DNA of 64,000 nucleotides from Cycas panzhihuaensis (taxonomy: Eukaryota > Plantae > Cycadophyta). This document shows positions 39,742-54,890 of the stretch, piece after piece (position 1 is the first letter of the stretch; every line of letters starts with the position of its first letter). Location of the stretch: contig CM041465.1 in NCBI GenBank assembly GCA_023213395.1, positions 31,441,741-31,505,740 of the forward strand, written 5' to 3'. The notes under the pieces were generated by a model, which was given only the letters and a program-made list of their open reading frames with translations, did not search any database and was not told where the DNA came from. A program made the position numbers and the translations under genes.

Positions 39742-42700
39742 TGTTGAAATATACAAATAGATCATCCAAGGTACAAGAACCATAGAGTAAATAACATGAA
39801 CATAATATGATATCATTAACTCATAATGAAAGAGATCACATCAATAATATCATAATGGACTCCATCTTAACTCAATATATTATGCTCTATCTTAGCCACT
39901 TATTTATACATATTAGGTGGGAGAGAGTAATATGACTTGTGTTACATGTAGGATAAATGATCTCCAACACAATCAACCACATAACACTTATTCATTGACC
40001 AATAATCTAATAACTACTTAGTTGCACATATGTGCAGTACCCCTAAATATATTAGGATACATATATATTAAACATTATCCTCCAACACCTCCCTATAATG
40101 TTTAATATCAAGACTATAAAAAAAAATAACTTAATACTAAAGACTAATATGACACTTGACACTAGACTTGCGATATTAAACATTTGACCAATATGTACTC
40201 TACATTCTTTGAATTTGTAGCGTCTTGATCTTGGAATAGTCTTGAACACAATGTTTTCACCTTGATCTCTGTCTTTATTCTTGTAGTGTTATCTTTGAGA
40301 TAGTCCTTTAGAGTGATGGTCCTTGAACTTTGCCTTCTTCATCTTCATATGCAATAGGGAATCTTTTGTCATGCAAAACGTGCGATAAATCATGGCCAAA
40401 TCAACTTGAGCCTAATGTAGACTTGTCAGGTGATCCTGTATGTACTCATCAAAAGCATCTTCAAAGTGTACATCAAGTGTATCTTCAATCAATGTTTTAG
40501 TCATTGCCTATTTACTTTCATTTTCATCAATATATGATTGATCAATAATTATTGAACAAATATCAACATTTGAAGATAAGTCAATAAGAGAAGAATCAAC
40601 ATCATCAACATCCAAATATGAAGACAAGTCAGTAAACGGTAAATCAATATCACTTAAAATATAAACATCAACATCTTATAAGCCATCATAATCTTGTATG
40701 TATTCCTTCTTAACAATTCCTTCAACTTTAAGTGGAAAGTCTTCATCATCTTGAGAGCAATTAGGATTAAAACTAGTAACTAAATTAGAAATGGAAATAG
40801 ATTTTACTTCATCAACTTCATCCTCCCCTGAAGTAATGAATTCATCTAGAGGAATTTCAATTGCTTCTTCACAATCACCTGCAGTAGGTTCAACATGCTC
40901 TTCAAGTTCAAGAATACATTCAACAATAGTTTCATTAGTAATCTCATCAATTTCTTCACATACTTTTTCATTTGCATCATCACTTTCCTTATCTATATTA
41001 CAATCATCAATAATTATGTTTGCCCTTTCAAGAGTCTCTTGCACCTCTTTAGGGATTTTTTCATATATATTCTTTAGAAGATTCCATGCCTCATTAGCAG
41101 TGTTAGCATTATGAATTATATGAACAAGAAATTGATATAAAGAGGGAAGGTTTTCTTTATCAAATGCTGCAAGAATCACATCAATGGCTACCCAATTCTT
41201 TTTCTTAAAACTTTCCTCCCCTTCATCATTAATCTCTGAAGTGCCATGCCAAATAATTTCCCATAACTTTTTTACCATAAATATACACTCTATTTTTATT
41301 TTTTAAATACAAAAATTAGTTCCAATATACTTGGATAAGGCCTGGGGAATATCTGTTAACTAAAATTCATTCTTTTCTAGCACAAAAATAATAATGTCCT
41401 ATAGATCTATAATGAAAAGAGTAACTTGATTACAAGCACATTACTCAAATTTATGCATCAACTTTGAATAATACTAACTCCATCAAAATAGCAAGATATT
41501 GCCCCAAATCATATACCAACATATTCGTCTCTGAGATACAATTTCAATGCCTTAGATGGATTAGAACGTAGGTCTCTAAATAGAGAGATATTGTAAAATT
41601 TATACTAAGAACTTCTTAAGCACTAAAACTAAATAAAGGTAATCTTAAGCCCCTTAAGAATAAGTTGCAGGTCGTATTAAAGTTCCATGAGACCAAAAGA
41701 CTTAGTCGCTAGGGGGCTAACAAGTTCCAAACCATATTTCAATATGACTTTGCAAAAATTATAAAAATTTTCTTAATAATCTTCACATATGCATCCTTAA
41801 GCTCGAAATAACTTGCCAATTAGTAAATTTCAGATTTGGACTTGGTCCTACGCAGGTCTCTCAACTTCTTTATAGCATTGATGAAGGGTTGCAGGTTGAC
41901 TTGAGCATCTCTTATTTTGTCATCTTGCTTAATCAGGTCCCTGTCATTGACTTCCAATTTGTGGCTGGTATCATGACCTATGGCTGATATCTTGACCTAT
42001 GTTGACAAATGACTCAACTCTCTAGTGGTTAGCAACTCGTCCACTATGATGCAACCTCTACAAATATCTCACTAGGTAGCATGCAACTTCATCCATGGCT
42101 CAGAAGTAGGTTTGACCAGGGCAGGTATCTATCTTATGGTTAATGCCTTTAATATGACCCACACAATGTAGATACGACCCTGTGTATGAAGGCTCAAACC
42201 ATAGGTACCTACAATAAAAGAAGAGCAACCTTCATCGCCCCTCTGCTCACCTCCAAAGATTAATGCAATGCTAAACCCAAATAAGTAAGACACATCAGTA
42301 TTTCCATATTCTATCCATTAAGGGTGCAAACAAAAACATTATACATTCTGAAGGTCATGGATAGATATAACTGGCCAACTCCCTGCAATATCATTGGGAT
42401 GATTGGAACGTGATGTGGATGAGGTGTGGTGTTAGGGATTTTTTTGGCACATTTGTGGCATATAGTAGAAAATGTCTTCCTCTCTTTTTATATACAAAGT
42501 TTTGATAGTTATTAAATCCCTAACTGACTAGGGGAATTTCTATTATACTAAACATTTCTCTACAATAAAACCTTCTAGATCCTTGAACTATATGTAATAA
42601 TAGATAAATTATAGGAATAACTATAATATAGCAATACACAGTAATCCTTGGTGAGGAATTATAGCCATGATAATGCTAGTATGTATATAAGGTTGGTTCT

Positions 42701-43846
42701 ATTACAAAGAAGATTTAGACTTGCAATGTTCTAATGATAGTGTACCTACTGGTACTACCATCTATGATCTTATATTATCACTTTTATATCCATTTTCTTC
42801 CAACAGTTCTTGTGCAACTAATAAGCTTTCTGGTGCATATTAGACCACACAAAAACTTGCCTAAAACTAAATCAATAGTCCTACAACTATTGATGGATTG
42901 CAGTGGCTAGATTTCTATAGACAACTGCCCTCATGGTGGGTGACTTCTCCCTATTTTTCATGTAGAGATCTTATATACAACAAGCTCTTCATAGATTTCA
43001 TAATCTATAGTTGGGTGTTTATTCTTCACATATCTAATCCTATTGTCTTTTTTTTTTTATGCATGCATGCAAGATAGATTTTTCAAAGAAAATAATTTGT
43101 ATAAATTTGATAATTATCTTTAATTTTCACCAATCAGATCCTTAATGATTCCAACACAAACCCTTGTATGTATGAAGTCAATACTTCAACCAGTGGTTCA
43201 AATTCATGAAGATAATTTCATGTCATCACCAAATTAAAACTTTTATAAATTCACATAATAAACCCCGACACGTAGCTTTCTTCTTATACTAAGGTGGGTG
43301 AATGATATTACCTAAAAATAATCTTATCTGGCATCATCAAACATGGTTATTAGTTTGGCAACAAGGATGGCTTCAGAATTTCATCTTCTATAAGTGAACC
43401 ATAGACAATACTCAGCTCTACGAAGCCACCTCCACCTCTAAACATAGAAATGATGAACCTACACAAAGATAAACTTGGCAACCAACCTGCTCTGATACCA
43501 TATTGAAACATACAAAGAGATCATCCAATATACAAGAACCATAGAGTAAATAACATGAATATAATATGATAGTATTAACTTATAATGAAAGAGATTACAT
43601 AAATAATATGATAATGGACTCCATCTTAACTCAATATATTCTACTGTACCTCAACCACTTATTTATACATCTTAGGTGGGAGAGAGTAGTATGACTTGTG
43701 TTACATATGGGATAAATGACCTCCAACACAACCAAACACATAACACCTATTTATTGACCAATAACCTAATGACCACTTAGTTACACATATGTGCATTACC
43801 TCTAAATATATTGGGACACATACACATTAAACATTATCCTCTAATA
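39742..43846 (-). mobile_element. Non-autonomous gag-only (TR-GAG-like) LTR element D, inserted in the RT of E
   Basis: 346-bp LTRs at 39742-40087 and 43501-43846, TSD ATACC, perfect PBS (gctctgatacca at 43489-43500), PPT at 40088-40094. Confidence 0.95.
40676..41400 (-). pseudogene. gag: Truncated copia Gag with acidic tail (element D)
   Basis: KKLWEII...AAFDKENLPSLYQFLVHIIHNANTANEAWNLLK, homologous to 14492-15245. The upstream part contains stops. Confidence 0.8.
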
Positions 43847-46800
43847 ATACCAAGTGTTCTTTGTCTTAATAATATATCTAGATGGTTATTCCATATAGAC
43901 TTCTCCATGAGATCTCTATTAAGGAAGACACTTTTGACATCAAGTTAATGTAGTTGCCATTTAAACTGAGTAATTATGTCCAGTATTAATCTTATTGTTA
44001 CCATCTTGGATACTAGAGTAAATGTCTCACAATAGTTAATACCCTCTATCTACTTGAATCCTTTGGCTACTAATTTAGCCTTATATTTATCAATAAAGCT
44101 ATCAAATCTGAACTTGGTCTTATAGACCCATTTCCATCTTATCCCATATTTGCTTGGGGTAAATTAATCAAGTCTTAAGTCTTATTCTATTGAACAAACT
44201 AGATTTTAACATCTATCGTTGTTCTCTACTTCTACTTCTAGTTACCCTCCTTAAAACATGAAGGCTCTTCAACACTCAACACATCTTCCATAAAAGTAAA
44301 ATTAATTTAATTAGGTCTCATCTTTGATTTGTATTTTCCTTCTGTCTTCAGAAATTAAACTTCTATAATGGTCTTCAAGTACTATTTAGGAAGTTTTTAG
44401 TGGGTGCAATGACCTCAAACTATATATTTAATTGTGATTCCTAAGCATCTTTATATTCCTCATCCTCACCTACCTCTTATTCTTCCTCCTCATCTCCATC
44501 TTCCTACTTTGGCTTAGTTTTTGGCTCAATAAACTATTACCTTGAAGAACTACATTTAGGTTGTTCCTTAATCTACTTCCCTTTATCTTACTAAATCTTC
44601 AAAGTGTCCAAGCCTTGGTCCTAATCTGAAACTTGCTTATCAACTTCTTAAAAAATGATGACCTAAGTTGTATGTACCTTCCTAGTTGCCAACTCATATA
44701 ATTGATATGCTTTGCTCTCTTTATTATATCTTACAAGAATGTACTGAGAACTTTTATTATCAATTTTTTTGTGTTTATCCTTAGAAACATGCATATATAT
44801 TATGCTTCCAAATAGTCTTAGTTGGCTCATTGTAGGTTTTTGTCTTGTCCATGCTTCTTCAAAAGTTATATTCCATACAACTTTTGTAATGCTCTTGTTA
44901 GTTAGATATGATATTGTATAAATAACTTCAGCCTAAAAGATATCTAAGAAATTATTTTCTTTCATCATTGACTTGGCCTTTTCGACTAAGGCCCTATTCA
45001 TCCTCTCAACTATGCCATTTTTCTATAGTGTGTATGTTATCATCAATTGCTTCTTAATTCCATGGTCCTTGTAGAATTAGATAAATTTATTAGAGGTGTA
45101 TTCTCCCCCATTATCTACTCTAAGTATCTTCACCTTTTTATACTATCATTTTCTACTTTTACCTTAAATTCTTTGAAGTTATCAAATACTTAGGATTTCT
45201 CCTTTCTAGGATATATCCAAACCTTCCTTAAAAGAATGTAGTAGTCTTACAGCTTCATCTATAGGGTTTATGAATAGAATACTCTTAAAAATAGATAACA
45301 ATCCAAAGATATACTAGCAAGAAGGAAAATTACAGCAATACATAATGAACAATAACCACTGGATAATATCTCAAGTTTAGAAAGTAAAATGCATGAAAAG
45401 ATAACCAATAGAATAAATATAAGTTACCAATTACTCCTACAAGTTATGCTAAAATAAATGGTCCCTCTTCGAGGTAAGCTACCCTCCACAATTACTACCC
45501 TAAGGCCAAAATTATAACAGTCCAAGTTTTTCCTCTTGATGATCCACATGAAACCCATAACCACCCTTAAATAGGTAGCCAAAATTCATAAAAGTAAGTC
45601 AACCAAAAAAGTTATAAAAACTTTTTTTAATAGAAATATGAAGTCAAATAGAAACTCCTTTAAAAATAAGTACTTAAATATCTTCATGGAAGTCAATTTT
45701 TCTACTCATCAAGAGATCGTCTAAATAGCCTTCTAAAGCATTTAGAATACTACAAGTCCCTCCTCTTGAAAGTGTGTTTTGCCCTTAAAGCATAGGTAAG
45801 TGTAGATATTTCCGAAGCCATCTTTTTATTTCTAAGTGGCATTGTTATTATCCCCTACCTTCTATTTTATAAGATATTCCTTGATATCTCTAGAACGAAG
45901 TCTTTTGGCATGCATCTGTAGAATACTTTCTGGCTCTACTATAATTTTTCCTTCATCATCTAATATAGGTATGTTTGACTAAGGAAAAACACCTTCCCCA
46001 AGTTTTTACTTGAGGAAAGAAATAGAAATATATTTTGGATGCAACTGGTAAGAGAAACTTTTAATTGGTATGCTACTTCCCCTATTTTAGCCAGAATTTT
46101 GTAGAGCCTAAAGAATATAGGTTGTAGTTTGTATTGGCCCAATTGTTTTAAGTTAGTTTGCTTGTATGGTTAAACGCAAAGAAATATCCAATCCCCTAGC
46201 ATAAAAGTTCATTCTATTCTATGTAAACTAACTTGTTATTTCATTCTATTTTTGGCCAAATTCAAATTGTCCATTAAAATTTCCATAATGTGATGTATCT
46301 ACTATTGTTCCTCTTAGACCATATGGACTTTAGATGTTCGAGTCTATTTAAGAAGTGATAGTGGTTCAAAACCATATAGGGCTTGAAATGGTGTCATCTT
46401 GGTGATGGTATAGTATGGGGTGTTATACCACCATTCAACCAAAGGAAGCCATTTATACTATTGGTGTTATTTATTAGTAGTGAAGTTTTGTAAATATCCT
46501 TGTAAACATTTATTAATGGCCTCTATTTACCCATCGATTTATGGATGATATGTCATACTCATATTTATCTTGGTACCTACAACCAATTGTACCATATTAG
46601 AGCTTTTCCATAAAGGTGAAGAGTTACTACCACCAATAGAGCTTTTTCCAAAAATAGATAACAACCCAAAGATATACTAGCAAGAAGGAAAATTATAACA
46701 ATAGATAATGAATAATAACCACTAAATGATATCTCAAGTTTAAAAAGTAAAATGTATGAAAAGATAATCAATAGAATTGATACAAGTTACCAAGTACTCC

Positions 46801-46900
46801 TTCAAGTTTTGCTGAAATAAATAATCCCTCTTTGAGGCAAGGTACCCTCCATAATTATTTCACTGAGGCTGAAATTACAGTAATCCAAGCTTTCCCTCTT

Positions 46901-49900
46901 TGTTAGAAATAATATTTATGTTAATGTAATGTTATCTTTATAAAGTTTAATGTATTTAATTATTATATACTAAAAGTTTTGTGAAATGGATTGTTTCCAT
47001 TTCAATGAACCTTACCTATCTTCTCGAATAATTATTCGATAATCTTTCATGTTGGGTTGGCTACATGGTTTCATGTCCCTAGTCAGGCTGACAAAGTAGA
47101 GAGAGAGGACGAGATCCTTATATTCCATTCATATACTCTAATTTTATTCTAATAATATTACTATATTCTGAGGTGGTTTTTCATCCCCTGTAGGGGTTTT
47201 CCACCTATCAAATATATTGTATAATATGTGATTAAGTTTGTGTTCAATATACTTGTTAATATGCCTATGGTTTGTTCATGATACCCTCTCTCCAATATGG
47301 TATCAGAGCAGGTTTCAAAGAAACATTTTTTTAAACAAGTTGAGTATAAAGTCTAAGGTGAAAAAGTCATTTTGAATACATGGAGTCTATGATGAATAGT
47401 AGAGAAGATTAGAAAAACCCAGTCAATCAAACCTAAAGCAGAAATAGGAAATAGAAATTGTATGTTGAGCAACTACTACCCAATCATCATCAACTTCCAT
47501 GGAGGAGACTATAGACTACAAAATGCATGAACAAAAATTCAACAAAGGATATTATAGACTATAGAACACATGAATGAATAGAGATCAAGTCACATGTAGG
47601 TCTCGTGGAAGGTTTACGACTGCCATTAGAGAAGGAGAAATACAACCACGCACATTACCACATAGCCATTCCATGTCATACAAAGCATGTCATCTGTAAC
47701 AAACTCTACCACGGAGATGATGGAATACCCATATCCATAGCTAAAAGATAAATAAACGCCTATTAGAATAGCAAATTGCATGAATAAAAGCCACTAATAT
47801 AGCTCTAGGTTGCATGAAGATCAACACAGAGGAATACAAATGCCCATATTGAGATTTTGATAAAACTCTTAAATAAATCATCTGCTTGAAGGACTTTGTA
47901 CCTACTCGTTGTTGTAATCCCTGCAGAGATGCAAAAGAAACTTGACAAAGGAGATGCAGGTCATCATCACAGATAGAGAATTTCACCAACAAAGAGATGA
48001 AAAGATCAAAATCACTGAATCATGTAAAAAATATTGATATCAAAGAGAAATCACCATTGTAAATCTATTCAAAACCTTAAGATTAAGCTTAAATAATTTA
48101 ATCCTTTATTTTTTGCATCAAAATAGACATAAAAAATTTATCAAATCCTATTTATTCTTCTTGTAATTACAAAAGGAATCAAATCTAGTTAATTTATTTT
48201 TTAGCTCTATAACCCCTTTACCCACTAGCCCCTAGTCTTATCTCCCTTTCATATGACCTCATACTTAAATATAAAATAGGATTAACCCCTAATTTTTAGT
48301 CCCCCTCATATTTCAAAAGAGGTACCTAGACTATTTTTTGCATAACTTCTTCATCCAAAGTTAAAATTCAATTTCAGAACTTGCATTGGAATCCCAATTC
48401 ATACATTGACGTTTTAATTGATCACTTGAATACTTTTGACGTCGTTTTTATAGAGAAAACATCGTGCAAAGTCAACGAAACCAACCACAACTAGGTAAGT
48501 TTAGGTACGTGACTTAAACTAGTAAATTTTAATATAAATTTTTAATGTTATTATTTCAATTCAATATATTATTAATCATTTATTAATTTGACAAGTTAAT
48601 TACATTAATTTATCACTTATTTTTTAATAAATTCATTCAATTTATTTATAAGTAATTCAACTATTATTTTAATGTTATTTATTACAAATGATATTATAAT
48701 CAATGCAAATATTTACAAATTTAATTTAATTCTTGATATGTATGATTAAAAACATAATTTCAAATTATTTACAATCAAATTTTAATGTGTTAAAGGGTCA
48801 ACTTTCTTATTTTATTCATAAAATTTCATAATTCATTCACAAACACTTATGTATCTTTATCTGTATTAAATCAATGTTATTTTTCCTTAATTATTGAAAT
48901 AAAAATGTTGTGATTATCTTTATGTAATATTTGTGGCTTAAAAGTTTTAATTCTAAATATTATTCTTTCTTTATAATCACCTTATCCTTTCTTTTATTTT
49001 TCATCAAAAGAGGATCTCTAGATATAGATTTCTTTTCCCAAAATGACAATTATACTAGGCACAACCACTTTTGTGTAAATTATAATTTTAAATAGGATAA
49101 ATTATGCTAACTAAAAAGTCAAAGTATATGACCATCTCAAACAACAAAAGATTTGGCAGTATGTGACTGGAGAGTTTATGAAACCTACTGACAAAACATC
49201 AAAAGCCTGTATAGTTTATCTGATAAACTGTGATGGAGTCTTATGCACTATCTTAACCTCTCTTTCCCCAGACATACATAGGTAGTTCTCTAACACAGAT
49301 GATTATGCCTCAGTCTAGGCTAAGGAAAAATATGATAAGGTAGATACATAACAAGTGGCTATTCTTAAACAAAAAATATATGATTTGAAATATGAAGATT
49401 TCTCTAAAGTTAAGAAATTCTTATCAAACCTTCAACTCATAAATATAGACTTAGGAAATTGTATTAAATTTTTAACAAAAATATATAATAAAATCATAAC
49501 TACTACTCATGCAAAAGATGACAATACACTCCTCTATCTAGCCATTAACAAACTTCTTAAATATTTCAATCAATATAAAACTACTAGGCAATAGTGTGGA
49601 CACCCTCCCATTACATTTAATCAACTAACAAACTAACTAGTTGAATATTAAATTATGTTAATCCAAACTAAAAAAACTCAAGATCCTTCTCAAGCTCATT
49701 TTTCCAAGTCTAAGCCACAAAACAAACTGAAAAACCAAAATAATTATCAAAACAATCACAATAGTCATTCTAAATTCCAAAAATCTCATAAAGGTTCTAC
49801 TTCAAATAATTGTAATCAAAATATTAAGTACTTAGGACCACCAAAAAATTAAAATTCACCTAATCAAACATTCTAAAAAATAAATAATTTCAATACCAAT

Positions 49901-52900
49901 AATAATTAAAATGTTAGTTGTACCTACTGCTATAAAAAGGGGCAAATAATAGACGTTTATAGGAACAAAATCACTTTTGAATCATGGAAAGCCTCAAAAG
50001 GGGTCCAATTGTAATTCCATAATTCTAATATTTCTCTAACTACCACTACATCTACTTTTTCTTCTCATACTTTATAACCATCCTTGTAAATTTTAGATTC
50101 TAGTGTTTCCTACTATATGACGAGTCGTCAAGAATATTTATCCACTAATCAACCTGATTCTAATTCTGAAGAAAAAATCTTTTTTGGAAGTGGTTCTTCA
50201 TTAAATGTCAAAGGAACTGGTGGTGTAAACTTAAAAAATAGTTCCATAAATGATGTATTTTATGTTTCAAATTTACTACCTAGTCTTCTATCAGTTTATC
50301 AAATCTACCAGAAGGACCTTATTATTGAATTCTAAAAAGATAAATTTGTTATCAAACAACCCTTTAATAAATTCAAATATATTGCTTCAGGATCTACTGA
50401 CCACAAAATGGGTTTGTGTAGCTTAAAAAATCTAAATCATTCTAAAACTAAACTCTCCATTGCTTTCATAGTTAAATCTAACCTAGTTAGTAAACTCTAA
50501 CATCTACGATTCAACCATACAAGTTATGGTAAATTATCGTACTTAAATCAGTATGATGTGATTCATGGGCTCCCACCTTAATCAACAATTTATGGTATTT
50601 GTGAAACTTATATAATAGGTAAATAACACATAGATCCCTTCCCTCATCAAACCTTATTTTTAATAAAATTACCACTCGAACTTATGTATTCAGACGTCTG
50701 TGGTCCCTTCCAAGTATCATCATACTCTAGAAGTAAATATTTTATTGCCTTCATCAATAATATTTCTAGAAAGTATTTGCTCTATATGCTAAAATCTAAA
50801 AGTCCAGTATTTGATATCTTTGTTGAATTCAAAATTTTAGTTGAAAATCAATCCAACTTAAAAATTAAAATATTTAGATCTAATAATACCAATGAATATT
50901 TGAGTAATAAATTTACTTTATTATGCTAAAAATATAAAATAAGATTTTAATATTCTGTTATCTATACTCTTCAATAAAATGGTGTTATTGAATACAAGAA
51001 TTGTACCATAATTGAAATGACCATATGCATGTTATATACAAAAGGTATTGACTTAAAATTATGGGCTGAAGTAATAGCTTACTCAAATTATTTGTTAAAT
51101 TAATTACTAAGTAAATATTTATAGAATGTTACACCAAAATAAAAGTCGTCTAGTCATAAATCATCTGTAAAGCATCTTAAAATCTTTAGAAACATTACTT
51201 GAGGACATGTTCCAAAAGAAAAATGTAAGAAACTAAATCTTAAAAGCTCTAAATTTATCTTCATTATATACAACAAAGAAAGTAAAACTTATAGGTTACT
51301 AAATCCTATTACGCATAAAATCTTAATTATGTCTGATATCATTTTTTATGAAGAGGGATATTCATCAAATTCCAATCAAATTAAACTTCCTATTAAAATT
51401 TTGTTAACTAATAATTACTTAACAGACCCTTCAGAAAAATAAACAAATAATGAAGTAATTAAAAGCTTATCCACACAAGTCCAAAATTAGACTCTAACTG
51501 AACCTAATATACCGTATCCTTTTACTTCTTCCAACTAATCTTCTAAAAATAAACAAATAATTTAGGCTTAAAAAACCCTTTTTGATGTTGGTTTTGATGT
51601 TGGTAATCCATCAGATACCAAAAGAACTCGATCACAAAAGTTACAAGCCAATTTTATTTTAATGGCTAAAGTAATAGTTAATAATAATCCTAAAATATCC
51701 AATGAAGCTTATAATAATCATGTATGGTAATAAGCCATGCAAATAGAATATGAAGCTCTTAAAAAGAATTTAACTTGGGATTTAGTTCCATTACTACTAA
51801 GTAAAAATTTAGTAGACTATAAATGGGTTTACCAAATTAAATATAACTCTAAAAGAGTTATAGAAAAATATAAGGTACATTTGGTAACTAAAGGTTTTTC
51901 TCAAATTGATGATATTGACTATACCAAAATTTTTGCTTCTATTATAAAAATGAATATAATCAAAATTATTATTGCTCTTATAACTAAATTTGGTTGGCAA
52001 ATATATCAAATATATGTAAAGAGCACTCTTCTTAATTGTGACCTTAATGAAGAAATATATATGTCTAAACCTCCTAGTTTTGTGTCTAATGTCAATCTCA
52101 TTTGTAAACTTAAAAAATCCTTATATGGTCTTAAACAAGCCCTAAGGCTTGATACATCAAAATAAATAACTATCTTTTTCATAATGGATATACTAAATAC
52201 ATTAGTGATCTTAACTTCTATTTCAAATAATAAGATAATAATATCACTATTCTAATTTTTTATGTTGATGATATTATCATAACTAGATCTCTACTCTCTG
52301 ATGTTCATCTAAGTCTATTCTAATGAATAAATTCGAAATGACAAACTTAGGTCTTCTACACTATTTTCTTAGTTTTCAAATCTGTTAGTCTGAATCTATA
52401 ATTTCTATTTCATAACTTAAGTGCATACTTGACCTAATTAAAAGGTTTAACATGGAAAATTTAAAGCTAGTACTAACTCCTCTATAATTAAGTGTAAAAT
52501 TGTCAACTGATTGTCAAAACCCCCCTTGCGATCCCATGTTATATCATTAGTTAATAGGAAATCTCATTTATTTAACTCACACTCATCTAGATATTTCTTA
52601 TATTGTTGCTTTGTGTTCTAGGTATATGCAAAAGCCCCATGAATCACACTAAAAATTAGCAAAATGAATTCTACAATATTTTCAATGTATAATTTATTAT
52701 AGTCTAATTTATAATTACTATAATACTAATCTAAAATTAACATATTATATAAATTTTGATTTGGTAGGAGATTCAGATGATCGAAAATCTATAGTTAGAT
52801 ATATCTTTTTTCTCTAACTCTTCTCCTATCACATGGTCTAACAAAAAGATGTAATCATTGGCTCTATCTATAATAAAAACCTAATATCGAGCCTTAGTAG

Positions 52901-53668
52901 AAATCAATAAGAAATTTCTTTGGATTAAAGATTTATTAAATGAACTTGGTTTATTTTCTATCTCCTCTATTTAGATAAAAGTTGATAATTATTGTTCCAT
53001 TTCTATCGCAACTAATTCTATAGTACACTCTAGAACTGAATATATAGAATTGTAGCAATATTTTATTCGTAATCTTGTAAATGATAATACTATTAATCTA
53101 TCTTACTATCCTATAGATTTGTAGATGGCTAGTATACTAACAAAGCCATTGACAGAAGCTAAGTTCGTTAAGTTACGAGAGCTATTAAAGATTGATGAAG
53201 TCTTCATCAAAGAGGGATTGACATACTGAAGTCTTCATCATCCTCTATTTGTATTAAAGATGACATTAAAGGGAGATATTAAAAATAATCTTTAAATTAA
53301 TATAATGTTATCTTTATAAAAGTTTAATGTATTTAATTATTATATACTAAAATTTGGTGAAATGGACCATTTCTATTTCAACAAACCTTTACCTAACTTC
53401 TCTAATAATTACTCAAGAATCTTTTATGTCGAGTTGGCTACGTGGTTTCATGTCCCTAGTCAGACTTGTAAAGTAGAGAGAGAGGATGAAATTCTCATAT
53501 TCTATTCATGTACTCTGATTTATTCTAATAATATTACTATATTCTAAGATTTCATCCCATGTAAAGGGTTTCCACTTGTCAAATCTGTTGTGCAATGTGT
53601 GATTGAGTTTGTGTTCAATGCACTTGTTAATATACCTATGATTTATTTATAATACTCTCTCTCCAGCA
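46901..53668 (+). mobile_element. Full-length degenerate Ty1/copia element G
   Basis: LTRs at 46901-47297 and 53277-53668, TSD CTCTT, PBS tggtatcagagc at 47298-47309, PPT aaagggaga at 53268-53276. Confidence 0.95.
49043..53220 (+). pseudogene. copia gag-pol pseudogene of element G
   Basis: Fragments 49355-49852 (gag), 50117-50335 (PR), 50684-50929 (INT, YSDVCGP), 51737-52165 (RT). Confidence 0.9.
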
Positions 53669-54890
53669 CTCTTCATGATCTAAATGAGGCCCATAACCAC
53701 CCTTAAATAGGTAGCTAAAATCCATAGCAAGAAGTTAGCCATAAAAGTTATAAATTTTATTTTTAACAAGAATATGAAGTCAACTAAAAACTCTTCTGAA
53801 AATAGGTACTTAAATGTCTTCATGGAAGTCAATTTTTCTACTCATCAAGAGATCATCCAAATAGCCTTTTAAAATATTTAGAATACTGCAAAAGCATTAA
53901 TGAATACCAAGAAATATCCTACACATCTAAGAGAAGTGGTTACCATAGGGCCATAGATATCTGAGTGGATTAGGCTTAGCTTTTCAATTTCCCTCCAAGC
54001 CTTCACTTTTGAAAACTTCTCTCTATGATACTTTCCACAAATACAAGGTTCACAATTACCAACTTCTTCTTTGAACTTTAGGAGACCATGTATTATATTT
54101 AGCATATGCATCAAATATAGGTCAGGGAAATGCAAATGTCCCATTCTCTCATGCCACAACTGAATTTTATTAGACACATCTATAGTTGATACTCTTTGAT
54201 TTATAGATTTACCTAAGAGCCTATAAAAAATACCTTTCTTTATACCTTCTATAATCGTTTTCCCTTCACAATCACTGGCAGCAGCCTTTCCATCCTTGAA
54301 GAGAGTACTCATATTATTGTCTTCAATTTGATTGACTAAAATTAAATTCATCTTCAGTCCTAATGCATACATCACATCATTAATATGGTAACCCTCCCCA
54401 TCAAGTTTGATAAATAAGACCTTCCCTATGCCTTTAGCATCTAACATTTTATCACCTCCCAGAGTTATAATATACCTAGTTACTTCCCACATGTATCTAA
54501 AATAGTCAAATATATTAGTCATGTGCCTAGAAGTACCTAAGCCTATATTAGATATCACTTGGTTTTAACCCTATTAGTGAGACAGCTAAGTTTTGTTGAC
54601 CTACAACATTCTACTGACTACTTTTGTGCTACTATTGATCATCCTATAACACCCTACAATTCTTACTAAAGTGGCCTTGTTTGTTACAGTAAAAGCAAGT
54701 CTTTTGGGGCAACTTCTTTATGTGGAAACAAAACAACTTTCCACCTATGATTAATGTAAAATAATAACATAAAATTATACAAAAAACACACAAAAAAATG
54801 GGCATTAAACAACACTAACATAATACCTGCTAAAATTTTATTATATTTTAAAATATTTAGTTCTTTGGTTACTTCGCAGAACATTGAAAA

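Larger units (their letters stand above)
45237..53890 (-). mobile_element. Internally deleted chromovirus-type Ty3/gypsy element I, with its 5' LTR split by copia G
   Basis: 3' LTR at 45237-45754, PPT near 45755-45768, chromodomain (EPESIL...EYLIK) and integrase end at 45790-46575, gag snippet LHLYGKALIWYNWL at 46577-46634, 5' LTR at about 46635-46900 plus 53674-53890. Confidence 0.85.

Noticed and set aside
40791-41114. Ser-rich plus-strand ORF
   Set aside because: It is the antisense shadow of the acidic Gag tail.
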